Source: Methanobacteriota archaeon
GTDB lineage: Archaea; Thermoplasmatota; Poseidoniia; Poseidoniales; Poseidoniaceae
Direction of reading: 5' to 3'
Length of the DNA stretch: 62,416 nucleotides
Assembly: GCA_002699515.1 (NCBI GenBank)
Contig: PAAW01000061.1
Coordinates: 1-62,416 of the forward strand
The translations under genes were made by a program, and so were the position numbers. The number at the start of each line of letters is the position of its first letter. Within the stretch, counting starts at the first letter, position 1. The notes beneath the pieces were generated by a model. The model saw only the letters and a list, made by a program, of their open reading frames with translations. It made no database searches and was not told where the DNA came from. Positions 1 through 9,585 of the stretch are shown in pieces.

Positions 1-735
1 GCAATGTTAGAAAATGAAAACTTTTTATTTCATAGTTGTTTAAGTGTAAATATGAACATTGGATTATTAACACCTAAAGAAGTGGTTAAGAAAGCTTTAA
101 AATATGCGGAAAAAGAATCTGTGCCATTAAATTCTCTTGAGGGATTTATTCGACAAATTATTGGATGGCGAGAGTTTATAAGAGGTATATATATTGAAGA
201 AGGAAACTTTCAACAAAATCAGAACTACTGGAATCATAAAAATAAGCTTACTTCTTCATGGTATGAGGGAGATACAGGCCTAGATCCATTAGATGATGCA
301 ATCAAGACAACAATTAATGATGGATACATACATCATATTCCCAGACTTATGGTGATAAGTAATATTATGAACCTTTCCGGAATTCATCCAAAAGAAATCT
401 ATAGGTGGTTTATGGAGATGTACATAGATTCATCAGAATGGGTTATGGTGCCAAATATATTTGGAATGGCAACTTATGCTGACGGGGGCTTAATGTCTAC
501 AAAGCCGTATACGTGTGGATCTAATTACATTTTAAAAATGAGCAACTATAAAAAAGGGGAATGGTGTGAAGTGATGGATGGATTATATTGGAGATTTACT
601 CAAAACAATAGGAAATTTTATGAATCAAATCCAAGGCTTTCTATGGTGATAAGAAATTTAGACAGAATGGACGTAGAGAAAAAAGAACGTATTTTTAACA
701 AAGCCGATGAATTTATTAATAAGAATACAAAGTGA
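1..735 (+). CDS. Cryptochrome/photolyase family protein, prokaryotic (6-4) photolyase (PhrB/CryB-like) C-terminal half; 5' truncated by window edge
   Basis: [59 protein letters not shown] motifs of the PhrB-like class; frame is open to position 1. Confidence 0.92.
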   Translation, partial: AMLENENFLFHSCLSVNMNIGLLTPKEVVKKALKYAEKESVPLNSLEGFIRQIIGWREFIRGIYIEEGNFQQNQNYWNHKNKLTSSWYEGDTGLDPLDDAIKTTINDGYIHHIPRLMVISNIMNLSGIHPKEIYRWFMEMYIDSSEWVMVPNIFGMATYADGGLMSTKPYTCGSNYILKMSNYKKGEWCEVMDGLYWRFTQNNRKFYESNPRLSMVIRNLDRMDVEKKERIFNKADEFINKNTK

Positions 736-848
736 AGAATGAAAAAATTTGTAAAACTTGTAGAAAATTTTTTCAATGGAGGAAAAAATGGGAACGAGAT
801 TGGGAGAATGTTCTTTACTGTAGCGAAAAATGTAGAAGGAATAAGTAA
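732..848 (+). CDS. DUF2256-like small zinc-finger protein (38 aa), not in ORF track
   Basis: GTG at 732 overlaps photolyase TGA (GTGA); translates [38 protein letters not shown], with CxxC..F.WRKKW..W..V.YCS..CRR signature. Confidence 0.9.
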   Translation: MKNEKICKTCRKFFQWRKKWERDWENVLYCSEKCRRNK

Positions 849-858
849 AAATAAAAAT

Positions 859-2646
859 TTAATTATCCACCATTTTTAATACATACTTATTATTCTTAAG
901 TATTTCCTTAGAAGGTCCGTTATCAAGAATTTCTCCTTTTTCTATAACAACTATTTCATCTGCTAGTTCAAGTAATCTTCTCGAATGAGTAATTAATAAA
1001 ATAGTTTGATCATTCTTTACTTCCTCGATATATTTTTTTAAAGTATCTTCACTATCAAAATCAAGATTACTTGTAGGCTCATCAAGAATTAGCAATTCTG
1101 AGGGTTTTAGATAAGACCTTATGAAGTTTAATTTTTGTTTTTGTCCACTAGAAAGATTTATTCCACCTTGTCCTAAAGTGCTTTTAATTTCAGGAATAAC
1201 ATTTTCTAAATTTAATATTCTCATAGAATTTTGTATATTTTTATCCGATATTTCAGTATTAAATAATTTTATATTTTCCTCAATAGTTCTATTAAAAAAT
1301 AGTGCATCTTGAGAGACATATGATATGTTTTGTCTCAAACTATTTGAATTTATATTTAATAGGTCAGTATCATCAATCAAAATATTTCCATTGTCAGGTT
1401 TATAAATCTTTAATATTAAATCTACAATAGTACTTTTTCCTGAACCTGATTCTCCAAGTAGAGCGGTAGTTTTATTTTTCTTTATTTCAAATGAGATATT
1501 ATTTATAACGGGTGTCTTATCCTTATAAGAAAAATTTACATTATTAAAAGCTATGTCATTATTTAATTTTTTAAATTCAATTTGATTTTTATCAATAGGT
1601 TCTTCTTCAAGATCTAAAAATCTTTGTATTCGCTCGTTGTATACATAGTTAGCCTCAATTAGGTTCCTCGCATTATTTATTTGAGATATTGTAGGTAAGA
1701 CTTTAAATAGTAGAAGAAGAAATGGTATTAATAAAACAGTCCAAGATTCGTCCTGGCTTCTAAAGATATATGCACCGAGAATTATCAACATAGCTATTGA
1801 AAAACTATTTATAAAATTATTTACTGGAAGACCAAATGTAAAATTAAATGAATATTTGTATCTTGATTTTAGAAATTTTATATAAGAAGCTCGCATTCTT
1901 TCTAATTGAGATTCTACAATGCCAGAAGAAAGAATATTTTTGAAGTTACCAAAAGTTTCATTAAGCTCAGCATTCAATGTAACTAAAATTTCAGCAAGCT
2001 CTTTCTGGGCATTTTTTAACCTTCTGCCTAAAATTCCCGTTATCAGTATAGAAACAATAACAAAAAAGAAGATTGAAGCAAAAGTTAAATAAGGAGAAAC
2101 AGAGGCCATAACAATTAAGTAAATTGTTAATAAAACGAAAGGTTGCAGTGTTACTAAAAATTTATACACGACTGAACCAATTTGTAATATATCAGAAGAA
2201 AGAAAAGTAAAGTAAGTTCCAGATTCCTGAGCGAAGAAAGTCTTATATTTTATTTGCCCTATTTTCTTTATTACTTTGTCAGCGATACTTTCATTAACCT
2301 TATACTCAACTCGTGCAGCAAGGATGCCTGAGTAAATATTTAATACTAATTCGATTGAACTTAAAATAATAATAAAAATAGCAGCAGATCTAATCCGAGA
2401 GTTAAAATCAGATTCTGAAAATATACCTAAATAATTATCAAGAAAATCAAATGGTGTATCTTGGAAAATAGGCCTAGTTGAACCACCTAATATTGGAATT
2501 ATTAATCCTATGCTAAGACCACCAGATATAGCTGAAACACCTGACAAAATAACTATCAAGATCGATTCTAATTTATTAGATTTTAAATGACTTAATAAGT
2601 ATCTGTAGGAATTACTTCTTGATTTTAGATTTAAAATTTTGATCAT
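859..2646 (-). CDS. ABC transporter, fused TMD+NBD (PglK/MsbA-like glycan flippase)
   Basis: N-terminal hydrophobic helices; Walker A GESGSGKS, signature LSSGQ, Walker B LLILDEPTS, H-loop ITH. Confidence 0.88.
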   Translation of the reverse strand: MIKILNLKSRSNSYRYLLSHLKSNKLESILIVILSGVSAISGGLSIGLIIPILGGSTRPIFQDTPFDFLDNYLGIFSESDFNSRIRSAAIFIIILSSIELVLNIYSGILAARVEYKVNESIADKVIKKIGQIKYKTFFAQESGTYFTFLSSDILQIGSVVYKFLVTLQPFVLLTIYLIVMASVSPYLTFASIFFFVIVSILITGILGRRLKNAQKELAEILVTLNAELNETFGNFKNILSSGIVESQLERMRASYIKFLKSRYKYSFNFTFGLPVNNFINSFSIAMLIILGAYIFRSQDESWTVLLIPFLLLLFKVLPTISQINNARNLIEANYVYNERIQRFLDLEEEPIDKNQIEFKKLNNDIAFNNVNFSYKDKTPVINNISFEIKKNKTTALLGESGSGKSTIVDLILKIYKPDNGNILIDDTDLLNINSNSLRQNISYVSQDALFFNRTIEENIKLFNTEISDKNIQNSMRILNLENVIPEIKSTLGQGGINLSSGQKQKLNFIRSYLKPSELLILDEPTSNLDFDSEDTLKKYIEEVKNDQTILLITHSRRLLELADEIVVIEKGEILDNGPSKEILKNNKYVLKMVDN

Positions 2647-2742
2647 AATAATACTTTAATAACAAACAATTTTATTTTAACAAGCATTGCGAAAAGACTG
2701 ACTTTTATAATTAGTTATATAGATAAAGTAAATAAGTAAATT

Positions 2743-3336
2743 TCAAAAGTTATAAATCTCTTTATAACTTTTGATTAGTTCGTTTATTTTGTCTTTATCT
2801 AAATTTGAACTTTCTAGTCCTCTATAGTTTATACCAATTGGTTTTGCAGGGACTCCTGCATAGATTAGACCACTTTCTAATTTTCCTTTTGCAAAAGCAC
2901 TTGCTCCAACCATTGTCGCTATTCCAACTTCACAGTGCTGATGAAGTGTTGAACTCATTCCCAAATTTGCATAATCACTTACCTTAGAATGACCGCCAAC
3001 ATTTACAGATGGTGAAACAGTTACATTGTTTCCAATAATCGCATCATGGCCAATGTGTGACTTATTCATGATATAACAATTCTCTCCGATCTGAGTATTG
3101 TCTTTTATGCCATTGTTGATTGTTACATGCTCTCTAATTATGCTATTTTTCTTTATCAAGACACTCTTTAGTTTTTCATCCATACTGTACTCCCTATGTT
3201 CTCCAGGAGATCCAATTGAGACAAAAGATGAAATATTTACATTATCTTCAATTACGACATTGCCAATTATTTCAGTGAAATTTGAAATAAAAACATTTTT
3301 TCCAATTGTTGCATTTTTATCTATATTTGGATTCAT
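2743..3336 (-). CDS. Hexapeptide-repeat (LbH) acyltransferase, LpxA-like
   Basis: Hexapeptide repeats; IREHVTIN, SHIGHD, LHQHC, YAGVPAK.IG.N.RGL resemble LpxA. Confidence 0.8.
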   Translation of the reverse strand: MNPNIDKNATIGKNVFISNFTEIIGNVVIEDNVNISSFVSIGSPGEHREYSMDEKLKSVLIKKNSIIREHVTINNGIKDNTQIGENCYIMNKSHIGHDAIIGNNVTVSPSVNVGGHSKVSDYANLGMSSTLHQHCEVGIATMVGASAFAKGKLESGLIYAGVPAKPIGINYRGLESSNLDKDKINELIKSYKEIYNF

Positions 3337-3535
3337 ATTAAGTTATATATTAATAATTAATTATTTTGAATATATTAAAGATTAAAAAAACATTTGTTGT
3401 AATTCTAAAATTATATTTGATAAAATACTTATTAAAAGAACGATTGGAACATTAAAGAAGCATGATAATTTTGATGTTGTATTGCGGCTTTGGAACAATT
3501 GATGAATATTGGCAGTTAATTAGAGACATCCAAAA

Positions 3536-4234
3536 TTGAAAAAAAATGGAATTTCAGTAATTGTTCCTGTATTTAATGAAGAAAATACAATTGCTTTAGT
3601 ATTAAAAAATTTAATTAAAATAGATGAAGTCAATGAAATTGTTGTGATTGATGACAATTCAGCGGATAAAACCGTAAACGAAATTAAAAAAGTTATATCT
3701 TCTAAAATTATTTTGATAGAAAATAGTGAAAACTTAGGAAAAGGAGCAACAGTAAGGCAATCTTTTCCTCACTTATTGAGTGAATATAGTGTTATACAAG
3801 ATGCAGATTTAGAGCTAGATCCAGCCTATATAAAAGAATATTTTAAATTAGCAACTAAAAACGATTTAGATGTTGTTTTTGGTTCAAGATTTAAAAATTT
3901 TAGAATTGATGGATATCCATTTTCCTTATCTTTAGCAAATAAAATTTACACTGAATTAATCAACTATTTAACAAGTTCTAAATACTCTGATGTTAACTGT
4001 GGACATAAATTTTTTAAAACAAACGAGCTATTAAAAATCGATTTTAAGGAAAATCATTTTGGAGCAGATCCTGAGATTTCCTATATAGTTGCACATAAAA
4101 AGTTAGCATTCTCAGAATATAAAATTAATTTTACAGCTAGAAATAAATCTCAAGGTAAAAAGATAACCTGGCTTGACGGTTTAAAATTTTTTAAGATTAT
4201 ATTTAATGTACATCGCCGTTTTAAGAGTTTTTAA
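3536..4234 (+). CDS. GT2 polyprenyl-phosphate glycosyltransferase (DPM1-like)
   Basis: SVIVPVFNEE, IDDNSAD, NLGKG, IQDADLE, VFGSRF, SDVNCGHK, R...QGKKI.W.DG; TTG start. Confidence 0.85.
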   Translation: MKKNGISVIVPVFNEENTIALVLKNLIKIDEVNEIVVIDDNSADKTVNEIKKVISSKIILIENSENLGKGATVRQSFPHLLSEYSVIQDADLELDPAYIKEYFKLATKNDLDVVFGSRFKNFRIDGYPFSLSLANKIYTELINYLTSSKYSDVNCGHKFFKTNELLKIDFKENHFGADPEISYIVAHKKLAFSEYKINFTARNKSQGKKITWLDGLKFFKIIFNVHRRFKSF

Positions 4235-4237
4235 ATA

Positions 4238-5161
4238 TTATTTATTATCTTGAGCTTTATCAACCTGGATTAAAAGATTGCTTATTTCATCTATAAAGTT
4301 GCTTTCAACCATTCCTTTAAATTTGAAGTTTTCTTTAAAGCCTACAACAGGATCGATTTTCTTAATCTCACTGTTTATATATTTATTATTTACGAAGAAA
4401 GCATTGACGCCGTTATTTTCACAATAAACTAAAGAGTAGTTCTTTTGTTCAGCAATATAGTTCAGTGCATCAAGAGAAGCGCCAAAAACTAATTCAGATT
4501 TGTGATATTCATATCTAGAGAAATTTTCAACCAGAGGTACAGAGTATTTTTTTTCAACACCTAGTAGAGAATTGTATTCAACGACAAATATTGGGATTTG
4601 ATAATCTAAAAGTTTTTCAAAAATGTAATAATCTATACCATCTATATCTAGAGAGCACAATGCAAAGTCCTCTAGACGTAATTGTTTGTTTAACTCTTGA
4701 ATAGTTTCAGGGATAACCATATTTACTATATACTCACTTTTTCCAATATTTTTAAAATTATGAATTAAATGATTTTTATTTTCTTTTTGTATATTCAATG
4801 CTTTAGAGTCTCCATCAAGAAAAACTGATTCAAATCCAAAATTAAGATTTAAATTTAAAATATTTGAACTAACTCCACCTGCACCAATTTCTATGCACTT
4901 ATTCTGTCTTATTTGTAGCTCTTTCAGGAGGTGAAGAATGATTCCGTCTTCCCCATTTTGAGAAAATATTTGAAATTCTTTAGAGCTTAAATCTTCTGAC
5001 TTATTTAGTTCGCTATAATTATTTAAAAGATAATTGATGTTGTTTATCTTTGATCTGTTTGAGTCAATATATAGACTATGAATATTAGTAAACTGCATTA
5101 AATTTCTTCTTATTAAAACTTTTTTTATAAATTTATATACATTAGATAACTTCATTGTCAC
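4238..5161 (-). CDS. FkbM-like SAM-dependent methyltransferase (putative)
   Basis: FSQNGEDGII, CIEIGAGG, SLDIDGIDY, VVEYN, GASL.A, G.NAFFV. Confidence 0.7.
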   Translation of the reverse strand: MTMKLSNVYKFIKKVLIRRNLMQFTNIHSLYIDSNRSKINNINYLLNNYSELNKSEDLSSKEFQIFSQNGEDGIILHLLKELQIRQNKCIEIGAGGVSSNILNLNLNFGFESVFLDGDSKALNIQKENKNHLIHNFKNIGKSEYIVNMVIPETIQELNKQLRLEDFALCSLDIDGIDYYIFEKLLDYQIPIFVVEYNSLLGVEKKYSVPLVENFSRYEYHKSELVFGASLDALNYIAEQKNYSLVYCENNGVNAFFVNNKYINSEIKKIDPVVGFKENFKFKGMVESNFIDEISNLLIQVDKAQDNK

Positions 5162-5166
5162 TCCTA

Positions 5167-6693
5167 TTAATAATATGAAATTAATAAAATTTTAGATTTT
5201 CTTTCTTTATTACTCATTATTTTTTCATCAGTATAAAAAGAATCATCAGTATGATGTTCAGTTGATATTTCTTCAAAAATTGCTCCAGACTTACTATAAA
5301 AACTATGCTTCAAGTCTCTTTCAACTGTTAACATATCACCTTTTGAAAGAGCATGTTTATTGTTGTCTAAAACAACTTCAAGGTCACCTTCTAGTAAAAT
5401 AAAAGTCTCTTCTTTTATTTTATGAAAATGTTCTGGATGTGTTTGTCCAGGGAATTGATAAAGTATTTTTTTGCAGTAGTCTTTATTTACTAGAGTAATC
5501 ATACAGGTTCCATATTTGTAGAAATTTTCTACTCCATAGTGGTGAGATATTTCAAGGTCAATATTTCTTGGTAAAGTTATATCAAATTTTTTCAGTTCAT
5601 CACTTACTTTGTCTCTTATGATTTCAATTTCAGGTCTTGTATTTTTGATTAATAAATTATTTTTAATAAGTGCTTCGTCTATCTTAATTTTTCTTGATGT
5701 TGTTATTTCACTGAATTTAGATATATCGTTAGCCAGAAGCTGATTTTTTTCAGGAGGTATTGCAAAATAAATATTATCTTTTATTGCATCTTTCTCCATA
5801 ACATTTTCTTTTGTGAAAACACCTCTTTTGAGGTCCCGTAAAGCATCTATTTCTTTGTCTATAATCTTTTCCCTATTTTGAGATGTTCCTATTATTTTTT
5901 TAGCATCCACTAAATTTTCCAACCATGAAGAGTATTGCTCCAAATTTACTGAATAATCATTTATTAAGTATCCTTTTGGCTTATCTTCTAAAGCTATATG
6001 TTTCTCGAAGATTTTTGCACCTGCAGCTAAAGCTAAACCAGCAGTATTATCAACTTCCCCCGCCTCATGAGTAGAAAAACCTATAGGCGTTCCCGGGAAT
6101 GTAGTAATTAATTCATTAATAAATCCTAAATTGAGATCATACTTTTCAGTAGGGTATAAACTTACGCAATAATTTAGCGCTATAGATTTTTCTCTATTTT
6201 TCATATATGAATAAAATCTTTTGATTTTATCTAAAGAAGCCCCTCCCACCGAAGCAATTATATTTTCATGTGATGATTGTCCTATTTTTTCTATCAAAGG
6301 CCAATCATCTAAAGATGCACTTGCTATTTTTAAAATATCAAAATTATCTTCAATTACTTTATCTACAGAAGGCTCATCAAAAGGTGTACACATTGTATAG
6401 AGACTTAGCTCCTTAACTTTATCAATTAAAGCTATCCATTCGTCAGGTTCCAGCTTTGTTTCAAGAAATCTCTTAACGTACTTTATATCAGAATCAACAT
6501 AATCTTTATGTATAAACGTATCCAAATTTCTGTATTGAAACTTTAAAGCAAAATTAAATTCATCAAAATATTTCTTTGAAGCAGTTCCAAATTGTTCAAT
6601 AATATTTAATCCATGTGCTATATCACCTTGGTGGTTGTTTGCTAGCTCAAGAACTATGAGAGGCTTATCAAAGCTACTAAAATTTCCTTTCAT
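5167..6693 (-). CDS. NeuB-family (N-acetylneuraminate synthase-like) enzyme fused to a C-terminal D-lyxose-isomerase-like cupin
   Basis: ELANNHQGD, KFQ, TPFD, KIAS, CVSLYP, GFSTHE, FEKH; C-terminal YCKK....PGQ.HPEHFH..KEETF...EG...H.F.....FEEIST cupin motif. Confidence 0.85.
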   Translation of the reverse strand: MKGNFSSFDKPLIVLELANNHQGDIAHGLNIIEQFGTASKKYFDEFNFALKFQYRNLDTFIHKDYVDSDIKYVKRFLETKLEPDEWIALIDKVKELSLYTMCTPFDEPSVDKVIEDNFDILKIASASLDDWPLIEKIGQSSHENIIASVGGASLDKIKRFYSYMKNREKSIALNYCVSLYPTEKYDLNLGFINELITTFPGTPIGFSTHEAGEVDNTAGLALAAGAKIFEKHIALEDKPKGYLINDYSVNLEQYSSWLENLVDAKKIIGTSQNREKIIDKEIDALRDLKRGVFTKENVMEKDAIKDNIYFAIPPEKNQLLANDISKFSEITTSRKIKIDEALIKNNLLIKNTRPEIEIIRDKVSDELKKFDITLPRNIDLEISHHYGVENFYKYGTCMITLVNKDYCKKILYQFPGQTHPEHFHKIKEETFILLEGDLEVVLDNNKHALSKGDMLTVERDLKHSFYSKSGAIFEEISTEHHTDDSFYTDEKIMSNKERKSKILLISYY

Positions 6694-6716
6694 TATAAAT
6701 TCATTATAAATTCATT
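6689..6716. repeat. Tandem 11-bp direct repeat (TTCATTATAAA x2.5) filling the gap between the HAD gene and the NeuB-cupin gene
   Basis: Units at 6689-6699, 6700-6710, partial 6711-6716. Confidence 0.9.
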
Positions 6717-7022
6717 TTATTCTTCTTTGATAAACCAATTAAAATAATCTCTTGATTTATCATCAATGTAATAATCTGCATTAGGTTTCCCGAATATAAG
6801 TTCGTTGTACTTTAAACCCCACTCTCTCAATTGATTTTTGGTAAGCTCTTTATGGTCAATACCAGTTGCACTACCTCTTGCTGTAAATATAATTATCGAA
6901 TTTCCTTCATCATAGAGTTTATTTACCTGTTCTATTCTGTCTGAGTATGGAACAGCATCTTCATAATTTTCAGGACTTTTAGAACACAAAGTTCCATCTA
7001 TGTCAAAACAAAATATTTTCAT
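6717..7022 (-). CDS. Small capless HAD-family phosphatase (capsule-biosynthesis phosphatase-like)
   Basis: CFDIDGT (motif I), FTARG (II), GKP (III), YIDDK (IV). Confidence 0.85.
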   Translation of the reverse strand: MKIFCFDIDGTLCSKSPENYEDAVPYSDRIEQVNKLYDEGNSIIIFTARGSATGIDHKELTKNQLREWGLKYNELIFGKPNADYYIDDKSRDYFNWFIKEE

Positions 7023-7068
7023 AAATTCCTATACTCACTTCATTTATATTCTATATTATTATTCAATT

Positions 7069-8235
7069 GTGAACATTGTTATTATTACTTTTTCTGGAAT
7101 TCCAACAGTTGACTATTGTTTGCCCTTAGTAAGTAAAGATGAAGATAATAAATATTTCCTGGTTACAAATTCCTTAAATTACAAGAAATTGTTCCCTGAT
7201 TTTGATGATACAAAAAAACTTATGGATCAATTTAAAGTAGCAAATATAGACTTATCTTCTTTTTCAATATTAAGAATTATAAAATATTTTTTTAAATTTA
7301 ATTTTAGAAACTATAGAACAAATAACTATTTAGTTAAATTTACAAATAAGCTTGAAAGAGTTTTAGTAAAAAAACTTAATTTGACAATAAAAACTTTAAA
7401 AAAAATTAATCCCGACGTAGTATTTTTTGATCATAGAGACCCCACTACTATTGAAAATTATGAAAAATTATTTGAGTATTTCAAAAAAAATAATATAGAA
7501 GTATATTTAACACCTCATGCTCCGCACTACTTAGAAGAAAATGAACACTTACCAACAAAACTAAATAAACATTTACTCAGCAATGTAAAGTATCTTGAAG
7601 CTTTTAAATTTTCTAAATTAGATAAAGATGATAAAAATCTATACGAAGAAACTTTATTGAACTCTTATCCTGGTTTTGATAAATCTTGGTTAAAGTTCCT
7701 AGACTCAAGCACTCAATACACTGATTCTTTAGTTGTACTATTAAGACCATTTCACGCAAAAAACTCAAAATGGGATAAAGCAGAGAAAGTTGTTATGGAA
7801 GATCATGAGTTAGATGAAATTATAAAAGGGGTGAATAATTTAATAAAGAGAAATAAATACAATAGTATAATAATTAAACCTCATCCTAAGAATTTTAAAA
7901 AAGATCTAACAAGTCATGTCTTGCCTTTTATAGAACATAAAAATGTTACTATCTATAGAGATTCTATTTATAATTTAATTTCAAAAAAAAATCAGTTTAT
8001 TTCGACTTATTCAACTACTTTACTTGTAGCAATTGCAAACGAGTCACCAACATATATAATTAACAGTCAAATTTTCAATAAAGTATTTAAAGACTGGGAT
8101 GTCTTATCAGATTTGTATTCAAACTTTTCCGGATTTTCGTATTCAAAAGACCTTGATCAATTAACAGTAGATGTTAAATCAGACAAAGACCACCTTTATA
8201 CATTTTTTAATGAAACAAATTCCAAGTTTATTTAA
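7069..8235 (+). CDS. Putative CMP-ulosonate glycosyltransferase (GT-B, sialyltransferase-like)
   Basis: IIIKPHPK and STYSTT in C-terminal half; next to a cytidylyltransferase. GTG 7069 preferred over ATG 7000, which overlaps the divergent gene; TATTAT lies 6 nt upstream of 7069. Confidence 0.5.
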   Translation: MNIVIITFSGIPTVDYCLPLVSKDEDNKYFLVTNSLNYKKLFPDFDDTKKLMDQFKVANIDLSSFSILRIIKYFFKFNFRNYRTNNYLVKFTNKLERVLVKKLNLTIKTLKKINPDVVFFDHRDPTTIENYEKLFEYFKKNNIEVYLTPHAPHYLEENEHLPTKLNKHLLSNVKYLEAFKFSKLDKDDKNLYEETLLNSYPGFDKSWLKFLDSSTQYTDSLVVLLRPFHAKNSKWDKAEKVVMEDHELDEIIKGVNNLIKRNKYNSIIIKPHPKNFKKDLTSHVLPFIEHKNVTIYRDSIYNLISKKNQFISTYSTTLLVAIANESPTYIINSQIFNKVFKDWDVLSDLYSNFSGFSYSKDLDQLTVDVKSDKDHLYTFFNETNSKFI

Positions 8236-8260
8236 ATTATTGGCGATAATAGGTATATAA

Positions 8261-8947
8261 ATGAAATATATAATTATTCCTGCAAGAGGCGGAAGTAAAG
8301 GTATTCAGGATAAAAACATACAGGAAGTAGGTGGAATTCCTTTAGTTTCTTGGTCTATCATTCATGCAGAGTATATATCAACTGAAGAGGACAAGATAAT
8401 AGTCTCTTCAGATTCTGAAAAAATTTTAAATTTAGCAAAAAAATATGATGTAATTGGACTAAAAAGACCAAAATATTTATCGGGTGATAAAGTATTTACT
8501 GAACCAGTAATGAAGCATGTCTTAAGTAAATTTAATCCTGACGAGAATGATCTAGTAATCCTCCTTCAACCTACAAGCCCTCTCAGAAAAAAAATTACCA
8601 TCGAGGAGACCCTAAGAGCAGTTGAATCTAATGAAGCTGATTCAGCACTTACATTAAAAAAGGATCACTTATTTTTTTGGAAAAAAGCTAGTAAGTATGT
8701 TAAGCCACTCTATAAAAATAGGCCAAGAAGGCAAGACATGGAATCACAACTTTCTGAAACAGGATCGATTTATATTACTAAATACAAAAACTTTTTAAAG
8801 AGTGGGATTAGATTATCAGGCAATACTAAAGGGATAATTGCTGAACCTTCTGAATCAATTGATGTAGATACCTATCAGGATTTACAATATGTAAATTTGT
8901 TATCAGAAGATTATTTAAAAGAATGGGAAAAAGAGCTAAATATTTAA
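8261..8947 (+). CDS. neuA: Acylneuraminate cytidylyltransferase (CMP-nonulosonate synthetase)
   Basis: IIPARGGSKGI..KN, VSSDS, LLQPTSPLR, RRQD, ETGSIY, SIDVDT. Confidence 0.9.
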   Translation: MKYIIIPARGGSKGIQDKNIQEVGGIPLVSWSIIHAEYISTEEDKIIVSSDSEKILNLAKKYDVIGLKRPKYLSGDKVFTEPVMKHVLSKFNPDENDLVILLQPTSPLRKKITIEETLRAVESNEADSALTLKKDHLFFWKKASKYVKPLYKNRPRRQDMESQLSETGSIYITKYKNFLKSGIRLSGNTKGIIAEPSESIDVDTYQDLQYVNLLSEDYLKEWEKELNI

Positions 8948-8949
8948 AG

Positions 8950-9582
8950 TTAATTCTTTGAAATAAATTTTATCAAATCTTTCAAAAAATTTATCCCGTC
9001 CAAGCCACTTTTTTCTGGATGAAATTGTAAACCATAAATATTTTTTAAACTACCAGATCCATTAACAGAAGAAACTACACTAGTATTTCCTACCTTAGAA
9101 TGTGACATAATGTCATTTTTGTTTGTTGGTATAACTTCATATTCATGAACAAAATAAAAATAGTTATCTTCATATTTTTTAAATTTATCATTTATAAAGT
9201 TTGTTTTTCTCCAACCTATATTTGGTGTAATTATTTTATAATTTGAAAATTTTTTCTCAAGGTTAATAACCTTACCATCCAATATACTAAGACCTTTACT
9301 GTTGCCTTCTTCTGATTCAGAAAATAAAATTTGCATTCCAAGACAAATACCAAGAATCTTTTGGTCTTTACTAGCTCTTTCTTTTATTGGATTTACTAAG
9401 TCTTTCTGTCTTAGATTTTCCATAAGATGTTTGAAATTACCGACTCCTGGAATTATTAATATATCAGTTTTTTCAATATCTTTAAAATCTTCAACCATTG
9501 ATGTATTAAACCCAAGGTGTTCAAGCGCATGAAAAATGCTAAATTTATTAGATAAATTTGTCTCAAAAACACCAATATGCAT
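8950..9582 (-). CDS. hisH: HisH-like glutamine amidotransferase subunit (glycan-associated paralogue, WbuY-like)
   Basis: IPGVG, GICLGMQ (catalytic Cys), YFVH, QFHPEKS. Confidence 0.9.
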   Translation of the reverse strand: MHIGVFETNLSNKFSIFHALEHLGFNTSMVEDFKDIEKTDILIIPGVGNFKHLMENLRQKDLVNPIKERASKDQKILGICLGMQILFSESEEGNSKGLSILDGKVINLEKKFSNYKIITPNIGWRKTNFINDKFKKYEDNYFYFVHEYEVIPTNKNDIMSHSKVGNTSVVSSVNGSGSLKNIYGLQFHPEKSGLDGINFLKDLIKFISKN

Positions 9583-9585
9583 TAT

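Noticed and set aside
7000..7068. Head-to-head overlap between the HAD gene and ORF 7000
   Set aside because: GTG 7069 with a -10-like hexamer 6 nt upstream removes the overlap.
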